DNA of 61,974 bases, counting the filler, from Circinaria calcarea (Eukaryota), in assembly GCA_051942165.1 (NCBI GenBank). It is 9 parts of 9 records of this genome, joined end to end, with 100 filler letters (N's around TTAATTAATTAA, not from the genome) between each part and the next. Parts side by side here need not be neighbours in the genome. Positions count along the whole stretch, not along the records: positions 1 to 6,817 come from JAVECS010001483.1; positions 6,918 to 13,732 come from JAVECS010001484.1; 7 more parts are not named here. One strand, written 5' to 3'. The notes beneath the pieces were generated by a model that was not told the origin of the DNA, searched no databases, and saw only the letters and a list, made by a program, of their open reading frames with translations. The stretch's first letter is position 1. The number at the start of each line of letters is the position of its first letter. This document shows positions 1 through 12,317 of the stretch, piece by piece. The translations under genes and the position numbers were made by a program.

Positions 1-160
1 CTAATCCCCAAACCAACCAACCAATCAGTTCACCAGATAACGACAGCTGGAATTAAGAGAAGAAGAAGAACAGAAACAGAAAACAGGCAATCCAATATGA
101 TTCGAAGGAATATAGGGAGCCGTGGTGTGAAAAATAATCTCTAGAGGGGAGAGGAGACGA

Positions 161-196
161 GGGAAAAAAGGGAAAAAAGGGAAAAAAGGGAAAAAA
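161..196. repeat. (GGGAAAAAA)4 tandem repeat
   Basis: Four consecutive 9-bp units read directly from the sequence. Confidence 0.9.
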
Positions 197-214
197 GGGG
201 GGGAAGATAGAAAT

Positions 215-326
215 GTAAAATGGTAAAATGGTAAAATGGTAAAATGGTAAAATGGTAAAATGGTAAAATGGTAAAATGGTAAAATGGTAAAATGGTAAAA
301 TGGTAAAATGGTAAAATGGTAAAATG
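215..326. repeat. (GTAAAATG)14 perfect octamer microsatellite
   Basis: 112 bp = 14 perfect copies; explains the spurious FYHFTILP-repeat ORFs. Confidence 0.95.
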
Positions 327-1026
327 TGAAATATAAATCAAGCATTTGGAGCTGGGGAGGAAGGAGGAAGGAAAGCGGGAGATAGAGAAAGGATCAAGGT
401 CCCCAAAACCAACCCCCCCCGTTCCTCTTATCCTTTAAATACCGTATTACCATATATATTCCAATTCCCGACACGTACCATATGCGATGCGGTGCGGCAT
501 ACTCGGAATGGAAATATTACGTACGGTACATACCTGAAAAGGTAAAAATACCAGTACCGGTATTTTGGCCGGGAGGTTGGATATTTGGAAAATTTATCCA
601 CCTGCTGTTGAAAACTTTTATCTCGTATGACTATATGGATCCTTGACGGATAGGATAACGATGTTACGGATACTGTAGGCTACGGGGATAGGGGATGCGC
701 CTTGTCTTTCCTGTTTGGGGAGGAAGCGGAGAATTGGGTGGGGACGGATTTTTTCGGGTATATACGCGAAATTAAATCCCTACCATATAGCGTAGCAGCT
801 TTGATAGTGCTGGACCAGATAGTCACCATTCCCCAAGGAGTATCGAAGCCCTTGTCTCCCGTCTGTCCGTCCGGTACGGGCAACTATCTCCCGTGTTCCC
901 TCCTACAGTAAAATCTGCCCAAGAAACGCCGACGCTGAATGCCGTTCCAGTTGATTCCCACCCTGCGCAAGTCGATTTTGAAAAAGGAAAAGATGTGAGA
1001 GGATAGAAGAAGTTACCCTCAGATGT

Positions 1027-3045
1027 CTAAGCAGATTCACCTTTCGTATGTAAATGCCGACGCCAGTGGACGACACTGACGATATAACGGATCAAAAGGT
1101 TATCGAGGACAATTACTAAAGATAACACGCCCCGCGTTAGCACACCACGGCAGTCCCATTCAAAGTCCATAACAAGGCGCTTACCGATAAAATAAGTAAT
1201 CAGCACCGTCGGCAACATCCACGCGCTAAACATGTACGCATCAAACGCCGAATTTTCCCTATTCTTGAGCCTCGGAATCGCCATGAGCGTGAGCAACGAG
1301 ATCCCGACCCCGAAGAAGATCCGTACGCCAACCGAGAGCAGTTCCCCGCGGAGCTTGTGGCGTTTTCCCAGCAGGAATAGAACGGCGAGCAGGATCAGGG
1401 CGAGACCGGCAAAGGCAAAGAAGTAGACGAAGACGGTGTTGTAGAGTTTGAAAACTTCCTTGACGGTATCCGTGTCGCTTTCGGGGTCGCTGGACTTGGG
1501 CGGTTCGATCTTGAAGTTATGGAGGACCCAAGTGACGCCGCCGGCATAGACTTGATTGATGGCTTCCGAGACGGCGGTTTGGTTTCCCTCGGAGTTGGCG
1601 ATTTCATCGTACCATTTTTGCAGGTCTGGTTTATCAATATGAGTTTGTCCCGAGGTTTCAAACTTGCTGTAGACGTCGAAAAGAGTCTTTTTGAGATAGA
1701 TCACTTGTGACTCCAGAGTAGCGTTCTGTGGGAGGCCAACGGTAAAGGAGTCTCGAAGAGGAACCATAATGTCAAGAAGTTTTCGCCATACCGAAAGTCG
1801 ACTGAGACCTTCGACCACCAAGAGAATACTAATGTGAAAGGGGAAATGAAGGACGGCCCAGAGCTGTTGTCGGAGGGTACCCATACGCTCCGGTTGAACC
1901 TGGTCAAAGTACAGCATCCAGAGGAAGTACATGATCCCGACCGAGGAAATAATCATGGCGATGACCTCGGGGCTATAAGTCTTGTCCGAACCGACTTTGT
2001 TGATGGCACCACACATACCGATGATGCCTTCTCCCAGAATTATAAGAGTAAGAAGACCGCACCTTTCCACCAGGACTGTCTCCCTGAAGCTCAAGAACTT
2101 GATGTGGCCGGAAACAAACAATATCACCAGCAATTCCACCGCGATCATACAGTACCAGGATACAAGGATATACTTGCTTTCATGCGCAGTAAATGCAAAA
2201 TACTGGCCCAACCAGATCATGGCCGATGTAAAGAGAACTACCATGTGTAAAATCATGGGTACAATAGCTCTCTTGTACCCTCGAACAAACCACAAGGCAA
2301 CACCGTATTGAAACGTAAGAATGAGTCGACTAGTCATTAGGATCAAGGACAATGTGCGGAATGTGCCAATTGCAGATTCGGCTTCTAGAGTTCCTAGAGT
2401 CCAGTTAGTGTTATAACCAGGGCCAGTAACAGCGAATCCAGTCATGATGCCGAATTGCAAAGCCTTGCACACTCGCTCAAAGGCCGAGTCATTACTGAAG
2501 CGGACATCAAACAGAGTATTCTGGAACCAGGTAAACCAAATGAGACCAAAGTAGCCTAGGTAGGACTTGAGGGCTATATGATGTTAGTAAATCTTAGACT
2601 GCTGGCGCTGGCCATCACAGCCTACGGCGATTAGGAACTTACTCGACCAATCGTCAATTTCGTGGATATGGGTAAAAGTAGTTAGGTTGGCGACGAAAAA
2701 TAGGTCAAAGAACAACTGGATCGTAGGAGCTTCATGGGCCCTTTTCAGAGTAGGTTGATCGGGGTCGCGTGTCACTGCGTGCCCGTCACGGTGGGACTCG
2801 TGGGACGACGACGATGTGCTGTCGTTGCGGAACTCGTGAACAACATGGTTGGGAGTCTTTGCTGGAGCAGCCGAGTGAGAGCCATGGCCATGATGCACGT
2901 TCCCTTCGGATGCTAGAGGGGTATCAATGAGAAGTAGATGTTGAGGATGAGAGATTGAGAAGCTATTGTGGTCTTCTTCCGGTACAATAACCTCGTGAAT
3001 GGGTACAGAAGTGAGGCGATCCCACCTGGGGAGATTGAGAACCAT
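1027..3045 (-). CDS. Low temperature requirement A (LtrA)-family multi-pass membrane protein, 3 exons
   Basis: Motifs QLFFDLFFVANL and ERCGLLTLIILGEGII, plus many TM helices. Introns 2574-2642 (GTAAGT..ACTAAC..TAG) and 1116-1184 (GTAAGC..GCTAAC..TAG, in-frame). Confidence 0.85.
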
Positions 3046-3470
3046 GGGCCCAGGTCAATAGCAAATCGTCCAATGATGAAGCAAACAGTGTGAGATTTAA
3101 GCCAGTAAAACTCGAAATGAAGTGGAAGAGAGTAAAGAAACAGCGCGGTCAGAAGAGGGAGATAGAGCAACACCATATTTGAAATGCAACTAGGTCGCAA
3201 TGCCAAATACAGTTGTTGTTGTTAGTGATTTACGTTTGGATGAGCATCTGCTAAAGAGTTAATGCTACTGGAGAAGCTGTTGTTGTGCTTTTGAAAGCTA
3301 TGGTATTCGCCGAGTTGCTCGGCGGCCTAAAACAACAACGTTGGTGGACAGCGCCGCATCAGCCTCAGGTTGTTATTAACAACGGAGCTATGTTACCATA
3401 TCAGGCTTAAGGTATCGGTGCTGGGCTCCCGTACATAACAAACCTCGTACAGAATTTTGCTAAAAGCCCC

Positions 3471-3735
3471 AACTGTACCTAAAAATGGGAGGTGGAATGG
3501 AATGAAGCATCAATAGGGTCGAGCCCATTCTCTTCTGGCCGTGCGCAATATGTGAGTCATGTTATCCAAAAACTGTACCTAAAACGGGAGGTGGAATGGG
3601 GCATCAGCAAGGTCTCTTCTGGCAGTGGCGCAGCGTATGGTTCAGGGTACCAAAATCGGTACGTAAAACGGCAGGTGGAGTCGAGCATTCAGTAGGGTCG
3701 ACTCCATTCTCTTCTGACCGTGCGCAATATGAGTG
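3471..3735. repeat. Three degenerate ~85-100 bp tandem units in intergenic DNA
   Basis: Recurring GTACSTAAAA..GG..GGTGGA...GCAT..A..A..GGTC...TCTTCTG...GCGCA blocks starting near 3471, 3571 and 3655. Confidence 0.75.
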
Positions 3736-3945
3736 GCCGTGTCGTGTCCATATTGCACAGAGCTCCATGAAATGCTTCGAAATCCACGTCTCGATTAGTC
3801 CGAGTACCTAGGTACTACATTGCAAAAAGTGTCAACGTCATGGTAATATGGATGGTGCCAGGACTATTGTATAGATTAACCAAATTTGACTGCTTTCAAA
3901 TCTCCCGAAAAATCAAACCCATCCATTGTGTAACATGTAACCGAA

Positions 3946-4770
3946 TCACGGAACGGCCCCCTCCCCTTCCTCCACGAGTGTATATACATCCTTGACTTCT
4001 CCCCTTGCAAATATCAAACCCGGACAAGCTCCAACTTGAACGGATAAACAGTCTGCCCCTCCGGAATCGGCGGCGTGTTTCCCGACGAAGCTATCGCTTG
4101 ATTTAGCCACTGCCACTTCTGCTTTTTCTGAACACGACTCACCATCATAAAGCGCCACCAGATACGTCAACCCTCCGTTCGGCGAGTACGCGATCCACTG
4201 AGAATTCGGCAACGTCTCGTAGCCCAGATAATACTTCTCGCGTTTCTTGCCCTTGCACAGCGGCGGGTCGATGGTGAACTGCCCGTACCGCAGCGTGTAG
4301 GCCGCTAACCCTTCCTGGTTGGCGACGGAGAGGCCCTGGAAGTAGGGGAAGGTGCCGGAGAGGACAAGGGTCTCGGCAGTGGTGCTGGGAGAGGCGACGG
4401 AGAGGGCGTACGTGTTTGGCGTTGTCCCGGGGGTGGGGGAGACTTGGAGGTCTACGCCTGTGCCGAAGAAGCTGGAAGGGAAGGTTTTGGGTGAGTGACG
4501 GTGGGGATTTTTGGGGGAGGGGCTTACTTGGCGCTGGCGATGCCATTGAAGAGGGTGTCGACGCGGATGAATTGGTCGTCGAAAGGCGCGTTAGGTCTAC
4601 GTAGAAGGAGTAAGCTGATGTACGCCGTGAAAGTAGTGGTAGTGTTGCTCTCACGCATCGGCTCGGAGTTTGTAGACCTGAGGAGACTTGGGTTTTCCCT
4701 TGCACCCTGTAGGCGTCGTCCACGCAAGACTAAGCTGGGCAAGCACGAGCAGAGTGGAGGTGAACTTCAT
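3946..4770 (-). CDS. Secreted protein of unknown function, 3 exons, 236 aa (not captured as a single ORF)
   Basis: ATG at 4770 gives signal peptide MKFTSTLLVLAQLSLAWT. Introns 4597-4654 (GTGAGA..TAG) and 4472-4527 (GTAAGC..CAG) are phase-compatible; exons 116+69+526=711 nt form one open frame. Confidence 0.8.
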
Positions 4771-5881
4771 TTTGATCGTTACAGAGTTCTGAGGGGAGTA
4801 GACTGGAGGAAAGATGTTCTTCTGCAGAACATAAGTAGGAATTTATCTGGTTGAAATCCAAATGCCTTTCTCTCCCGCTTGCCAAGGCATAGAACCAGGA
4901 AACGGTAGCTAGTAATCCGTACTCGTATTGCACGATCAGGTGTAATGGACGCAAATAGATCACATTGTGAGAGCTGGCTAGAAAGCGAGAAAGAAGCACC
5001 AAAAGTCACTTGAGATAGACCGGTTGCTTGTCCTAGGCGATAGTGGTACCATGGCCGTTCACGATACATCCAATAGAGTCGCAAAGGAAGTCCCCAGCCA
5101 AGTTCCTATTCGAACTTTGTATCTCTAGGGAAAGCAGTGCTAGTAACAATTTTCCCACGAGGCGTTTTGGATCCATCCAGCCAACTCGGGGATCTCACAA
5201 GGGCCCTTGGCATTCGCTTCCATTGTTCGGAAACGGGTTTAACGAGAGGAGCCGACTCTGGATGGCAGGGATAGGGCAGAGACACTTTTGGAGCCGTTCT
5301 ACCTTTGTTATACGAAGTCCATGGAGGTTAGGGGAAGATCACATTCATTCCCCTAACTTTTCCCGAATCGGCGGTCAGAAGTCGTGGTCGGATGTTAAAC
5401 TAGAAGATGGTAAATTAGTCCAGCAGCAGGAGGCCGTAAAGGCTAATGGTAGCCACCACGTGCGCCAAGCAATTAAGCGAGTCCTCCTCCGTAGTACTAT
5501 ATTTATGTAATAGCCGCTAGTCTTTCAACCGTCTACATGGTAACTTCACACCGGTAACATCCATACGGAGTAATAATTAATTTAAATGAGTCCAAATAGG
5601 TTGATCAGATGATTCGATCAAACCACCCCGCCCAAAAATCGTGATGAGGTCACACAATTGAATGGGCGCCGCTCAGTTCTGCGTCTACTTTGATGCCCAG
5701 AGCTGGCCATGGCCTATGTGGACTAGGGGTATAGAGCTCTTGGTCTTGCTGCATCTTATTGTGGTCTGCAATCCAATTATTGAAAGTGGATTTTGGATAT
5801 CATGGATATTGGAAGAAAATCCGTAAATGTCTAGAGGGGCCATGTTTTCCACCCGTCAACCCGAAATCCCGGCTCCAATCT

Positions 5882-6817
5882 TCAGCCATCGACTTCCCCA
5901 AAGAACCTCTTCAGAATTGCATTGAGTTCATCCGGCCTCTCCATATAAACCCAATGTCCCGTGTCCAGACTCTCCACCCTCAAATCTTTTGCCCACTTCC
6001 TCGTCATCCCCTCCATCATCGCCGGCAAAGCAATCACGTCCTTTGAGCACGTCACCTGCAACGTCGGCTGCTCGATAAACTTCCTCTCCTCCGGGACCGC
6101 GCCCTCGTCATCGTCGTTGAGATGCGCCATGATGCATTTGTACCAGTTCAAGGGGCCGGTTAAACCGCCTGCGGGTGGATAGAGGATTTTGGTCTGGAGC
6201 TCTAGCTCGGAGCTAGTAAGATAGGGGGCTAAGGCGGTGGTTTTACCGGCTGTAAGGAAAGAGCGGGCGGCGCCGATGCGGCATAAATTGTCGATCCATT
6301 GTTGGGGGTCTGGGTTGTAGAGTAAAGAGTTGGTGACTTTAGGCTGTAGGCATACATGATTAGTAAGTGAGCGGTCGTACGGAATGTCTATAGGGAAATG
6401 AGTGCAGGACTGGAAGAGTGAGTACAAACATTACGTTCCATGAGCTCGGCAGCGTCATCGGAATTGAAGAACAGCCAGTATCCAAAGGTAGGATAGCCCA
6501 GCGTCTTTTGGGTCTCTTTGTTGATAGCGTCGACGTCGAAGGTGTCACCGGGGGCGCTGTACCCAACGTCAAGGAACGCAAAGCTGAGGAAGCGAGAGGG
6601 ATGGTAGTTTGCCATACGGGACATGAACTGGCAGCCCCTTGATATGAAAAATCAGTGCCTGGCCTTGTACGCTCGGCTGAGGGTGGAAGCGTTGCAGAGG
6701 AAATATACCAGTCATGGCCCACCCCATGCATCTTATCAATCTTCTCATGGTCAAGAATCCCAATGACTTCCTCGCACATCTTCTTCAGCTTATATGCTTC
6801 AATCTCCTTGGGTTTGT
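5882..6817 (-). CDS. Alpha/beta-hydrolase, soluble epoxide hydrolase-like; 5'-truncated by contig end
   Basis: GHDW|G nucleophile motif across an intron, GPLNWY motif and C-terminal DTGHWVYMERPDELNAIL catalytic-His motif; two introns. Confidence 0.85.
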
Positions 6818-6917
6818 NNNNNNNNNNNNNNNNNNNNNNNNNNNNNNNNNNNNNNNNNNNNTTAATTAATTAANNNNNNNNNNNNNNNNNNNNNNNNNNN
6901 NNNNNNNNNNNNNNNNN
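6818..6917. other. Artificial contig spacer N44-TTAATTAATTAA-N44
   Basis: 100-bp linker with stop codons in all frames, repeated 8 times in the window. Confidence 0.99.
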
Positions 6918-7945
6918 GAAGGGGTGTGGTGGGCTGGTGGACATTTGGTGGATGGAACTGGGAGGGGTGGAATGGTTGGTTGGTGAGGAGGTGGTTTATG
7001 ATGTGGATGAGGAGCGGTGCCCTGGAATGAGGTTGGGTTTCGTAGGATTGGTCCCTCGGCTTTGGCTTTGCCTGGGTTGACTGGGTGGGATGCGATCCTT
7101 GAAGGCCTTGATCTGAAGTGAGGATAGTATTCATCAGAGGGCCCCTCAGTGACACGCTCAGGGACACCTCTTGTATCCCCAATACCACCGGTTATTCATA
7201 GTAGCAACGGGTAAGCTTATCGCCTCGAATCGATGTCGAGCTCGATTTGACGTTGGCCCAAGTGCCACTCGGACTGCAATGATTGGTTCACGATAGTTCC
7301 ACGTTGTTTCGTCCGCCTGGTCCTGGTCCTGGCCCTGGTACGTGTGGGGAAGTTGTGGCTCAACTCTATCTCCAATCAGCACTAATTATATCCGAATGGC
7401 TTCACGCGAGGCCGGATGGAGGACATGGTAATCCAATAAGGTAGAGTTTGCCCTGTGCGCTATCCCCGGTGCTGACTGCCTGGGAATGTGACGAGAAGAA
7501 GGGAAGCCACCCGCTGCTTCCTGGCTACATGCCTACTTTTCTTATCTTCCGAAACAGGACTTCCTATATTCTTCTTCCTTCCCCGACAGCCTCATCGTCC
7601 TCCCATCCCTTTCTTCGTACTCTACCTCCATTTGATACTCATTATCGCACGACATCTGTTAAACAGCAGAATACACTCTTCCTTTCCCCGTTGGAGCCGG
7701 TGCGTCGGCCCTTTAATTCCTCCTCTGCTCCGTCCACACACCAGCCCGAACGCCCCTGTTTTTCGGCTATCGCTTGAAGAAGACCCTTTCCCCTCATCCA
7801 CTCGACTTCAACAAAGCAGAATCAACATACCACGCGATCGGTCACAAAGACACAGCTTCCGATTACCTCCCACCCCAATTCTTGACAGGATAGTGAAACA
7901 AGACTTCATTGAGTAGGACGAGAGATAACGCAGGTGTGACAAGTC

Positions 7946-9897
7946 ATGTCGTTTGCGCAGTCGCAGGCGCCAGGTACGTCCACCAGTGGCACTCGTACAC
8001 CGTACACACAGCAATTCTGCATCCTGGCTGCTGCGTCAACGCACATTTCCGAAACGCGCACACGTAATCCAGATGATGATTGTTACCGGAAACAAACAAT
8101 GCTAATCTGCCTGCTCTGCCCCTTAGCTACCTCGGCAGAGATCCGTCTTGCTCCTGGAATAACAATCAGCCTACCGACGAACAATCCGTTTCGAAAAGGC
8201 GCCCCGTCTCCCGCACTGCAGTCCCCTTCGAGTCCTGCCTTCAACTTTGGTAACCCCTCGAGACCAGTGTCGCGAAATCCATTTCTAGATCAGTCAGAAG
8301 AGATAGATGGCAATATGAAACCGCAAACATTAGCATCGCCAGGAAAGGTAAACAATGGAAGAGTGTCGCCAACCAAGATGGCCCCGGGTAATAGTACAGT
8401 CGAACTGTTTGTATGTACCATGGAACCTGAGAAAATCCGTTCACACAGATGCACGAGCTAATGGTGATGAACGCAGAACAATCTAAGCATGAGCGATAAA
8501 CGCTCCATGAATGGTATGCATCACGACATAGCACTATCAAGGTCGACTAACCGAATGCCTCGCACAGAGAATCTTCCACCGTCCATGAATAGTCGGCCTG
8601 GCCACCGCTTGACGAGGTCACAGGAAGAAGAGCAACGGATGCGGAACGGAGGAAAGCTGCGTGGCCCAGGCCCAACGCTTGACATATTCGCGGACCCAGC
8701 GGAGGCGGGCAAGCCTCGCGAAAGACGACCTAGACGAAATTCTGAGTCATCAATTGTTGATCGAAATGGTAAACCTCTGGGTCCAGATGAGGAGCGAAGG
8801 CCTAGGGAGAGGCGTCACCGCGACCGTGATGCTAGACATAGGGATAACAAAGCCAAACCTATACCAACCCCATCATCTAAATCCAAGAAACCCAGCCATC
8901 GTTTGGACGTGATCGATAAGTTGGATGTTACAAGTATCTATGGAACTGGACGTAGGTTTTTTAGTCCTGATATTTGTCCGGTGGCTTATCGTGATCACTA
9001 GTCTTCCATCATGATGGTCCTTTTGATGCTTGCAACCCACACCGAAATCGAAAAGGCTCACAGCGAGCTCCGATGCAAGCTTTCCCAAAAGACTCGGCGA
9101 ATAATGTTATTGGCGGATCCGGTCCGGTCAACAAGAACATTGATATTGCGCAGTTTCATGGTCATACCGCAGATGGGTTCGAAGACTACAGTGCCCCAGC
9201 CGTAGCGAACCAAGCTACAGAGCCACCAGTATTTGAGCCATATGCAGGTGCGTCTGTACCATATCGAGGAGATGCGCGACCAGGCGTCGATCGTACCACT
9301 AGCTTCAACCCGGGCGCAAAGACAGACATTGTACACGGTCAGGAAACCATGGGTTTAGGCACCTCTACGTTTCTTGAAGGTGCACCTGCACCCAGGAGTG
9401 CCATTCAGAGACGACAGAGCGAATCGGAGAACCCCGGTGCTGGTGGTGGTCTGGAGCGAAAGAGAAGCTTGGCGCAGAAAATCCGTGGGATCAGCAATGC
9501 TAGGAACCTTGCTGGAACCAGAGGCGTGAACTCTCCCGAACCGGTTTACGAGGTCACGCGAGGGACAGGGGATCCTCAAAGCGCTGGAGGTGTGAGAAAG
9601 CTTAGGGAGACGAACCCGTTTTTTAACGATTACGATGATGCATATGAAAAGAAGGGTGCCAGAATTCAGATTGCAGAAGAACAGAACAGAGCCGCAGCCA
9701 GCACAGCAACCAACAGACAAGGTAGAGCACGAGCACCGAGTAGTCCTATTCGCGGGTACACCGGCGCTGCACCTTTGGAAAGGAGAATGACGAGCGATAC
9801 CTCCGGCGTTGGGACCCTAGACACGGGTGAAACCAAGACCGGAGGGTTCCTCAGTAGGGTTAGAAGCTTACGCGGCGGTAAGAAGTCTCGACCTTGA
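7946..9897 (+). CDS. pal1: Pal1 family cell-morphology/endocytic protein, multi-exon
   Basis: Spliced motif DVIDKLDVTSIYGTG|VFHHDGPFDACNPHRN..APMQAFPKDSANN and VHGQETMGLGTSTFLEGAPA; several NPF motifs. Exact first exon inferred. Confidence 0.88.
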
Positions 9898-11500
9898 ATG
9901 GGAGGGTATTGGAAACCACAGGACTTCTGGAGGGTATCCACATAAATCACGCTTGGTAGCGCTAATTGCTCACGTTCTAACGAGTTTGGATTTCAGTCTT
10001 TTCCCCTTTTGTCTCAGCGGTGGATTGGGAAAACACAACGATAGATGCGTTTCTTTCCTGTGTCAGCATTGGTGGTTTTTATAACCCTCACTGCGTGTGG
10101 GTTTTACGCTGCATCATTTACTCCGAGGTTTGTTAGGTAAGAAGGGACTTTTCAGGGTTGTTTTTCACTTTACAGCAACGCGGCCAGCCCTGCCTGGTCG
10201 AATCAGGTCTTTGAGCGAGTCTCAGTGGAGCTTAGACTAGATCCAACCATTCTAAAGGAATAAAATTATATGTGGGGCCACTCTTTTCCACCGTTTCCAT
10301 TTCCCTACTTCTCAACTCTAATTTGATTTCCTTTTTCTCTCATGATTCCTCCCATCCCCTACCAAACTCTTCACTCAAAACGAACTTCCCTACCTAGTAC
10401 CCTATCCATTGCCTCCTCCACCCGCTTATAAAAATCCCTCCACCAAAATACTGCCCCCGGTTCTAAACCCAGGCTAAGGTTGTAATATCCGAACTCCCCC
10501 CTTGGCCCCCTTTTCTTTTCTTGTTTCCCGCTCCCCGCTCGTTATCGCCAGTGTCGAGAGAATGGAAATTTTCTGACCGACGGAATGGGAATCAAAACCG
10601 GCCGAGGAAGGGAAATGGGCAGGATTTCTAAATTTGTTCTGTTCTGTTCCCCCAGGGGTTTTTGCATTTTGTGGGGAAAAAAATCCGGGGTTTTTTTTGG
10701 TTTGGAAGTTTGGTTTGGAAGTTTGGAATTTTGTGTGGGTGGGTGGGTGAAGGGTTTCAGGGATGCCCCCGTGGAGCGAGTCTGTGAAGGTCTTTTTTTC
10801 CCTAGATATGGGCATGGAGGGATACGTGGAGGACTTGGGTAGGGATTTTGGGCCTTGGATGCTGGGAGTTTAGGTTTGGGTGGCTGGATGGATGGATGGA
10901 TGGATGGGGTAGCCGGGGTTTACGGCGGTTTTGGATCTTGATGGGTTTTTGGCGTCTGGGCATGCTTGCGTAGGATCGAGGGTAAAGGGGAAGGATTAGG
11001 GAAGGCGGTAGGGATAAGATGGCCCATCGAGTGTGTTGGAATATAAATCCTAGGGGTTCTTTGGACAGGGTTTCATGGTATTTGCTATGTTTTTAAATGG
11101 GCTTTTCTTGGATGGAGGGCAGGGGTCGTTTTTTGGGTTGGAGAGTACTGCTTGATGATATTGAGGACGGGGATACGGGAATTTGCTTAGGCACGAGCTG
11201 GGATGGGGGTGCGAGTTTCGGGATGGTGGAGGGTGTGGAAGGGGTTTTGCTTGGAGTTTGTATGTTTGGTAGTAGTATTGATACGGAATTTTTGGAATGG
11301 ATGACTCACTCCTCCGTGTGAGATGGAGCATAACCAGGAGGGTTATTACCGCAATGGAAACTCGTCCGCTCATCGAAGCAACAGAAAGTGTAGACTTGTA
11401 ACCGAAACCTATGCCAGCCTCCTGACTCCTCTGTCCTGCCCAATCTTTTCACCCCTCTGGTGTCACCACTCCCACTGTCCTTCCCACACGTGAGCAAACT

Positions 11501-12050
11501 TCAGAGCTCCATAGGCGGATGTGGGACAATCGGCTCAAGTAAAGGCGGTGCTGCTACTGGCGCTAGCTCGATATCTTCTCGTTGCCCTTTTTTTCCTGCA
11601 TTTCCGTCACGTCTCACCACTCCCCATTCCTCCACTAGGGGCCAAAAAATGCATATGGGGATATTTGCGGCCAGTCCTCCCCATTGCCCAACGGTTTTCA
11701 TGCCAGATGGTTGGATATTCTTGAAATTTAGCCAAAAGAAACACTCCACGGCGAGACAGCAGCAGAGAAGATAGAGAAATTGCACAGCAAGAATCCCTCA
11801 AATCTGTCGGCGCTGCTGACAACCTGCAACTCTCTCCGCTATATCTTTCAACGTCCAAGGTTTCGCTGGCGATGGGACGAGAAGCCCAGACAGAAAAACA
11901 CCAAGATAAAGTAGAAAGCGCAGTGATGATGGTGATACAAGTTTGTAGTATAGGCCAGAACGACGTAGAGTTTAGAGGAGGTCTTACTTGGGGTTTGGTT
12001 GTTTGGTAGCAGGATTGAGACTTCTTTCTTGGAGCGGAGGATTCCGCCAT
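11501..12050 (-). pseudogene. Possible degraded membrane-protein gene
   Basis: Hydrophobic segments split across frames; one frame reads RRQI*GILAVQFLYLLCCCLAVECFFWLN..TVGQWGGL with an internal TGA. Confidence 0.3.
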
Positions 12051-12317
12051 GTAAGGTCTATAGGATAACTAGGATGGTCATGGTGTGCCAAGACTATGTA
12101 TGTCAAAAGTAAGGAAAGATGAGCAGAAGTGTCATAACTAGTCTGAAGAAACTCCATCACATGGTAATATCATATATAGAAGCTCAAGCTTCGCTGCGCT
12201 GGTTTGAATACCCTGGCGTTGCTATTCTAAAAGGATCCCCATAAATCCTCAGTGTCGTAATGCTCTCCTATAGAGAATAAAGTAAATCTGGAAAGAACTG
12301 GAAAGAATGCCCATCAC

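Noticed and set aside
25..345. ORFs with FYHFTILP repeats as a repeat-peptide (RiPP-like) precursor
   Set aside because: They are translations of the GTAAAATG microsatellite, with no signal peptide, Kex2 sites or ATG start.
4145..4723. 192-aa minus-strand ORF and overlapping plus-strand ORFs
   Set aside because: Shadow frames of the spliced secreted-protein gene at 3946-4770.
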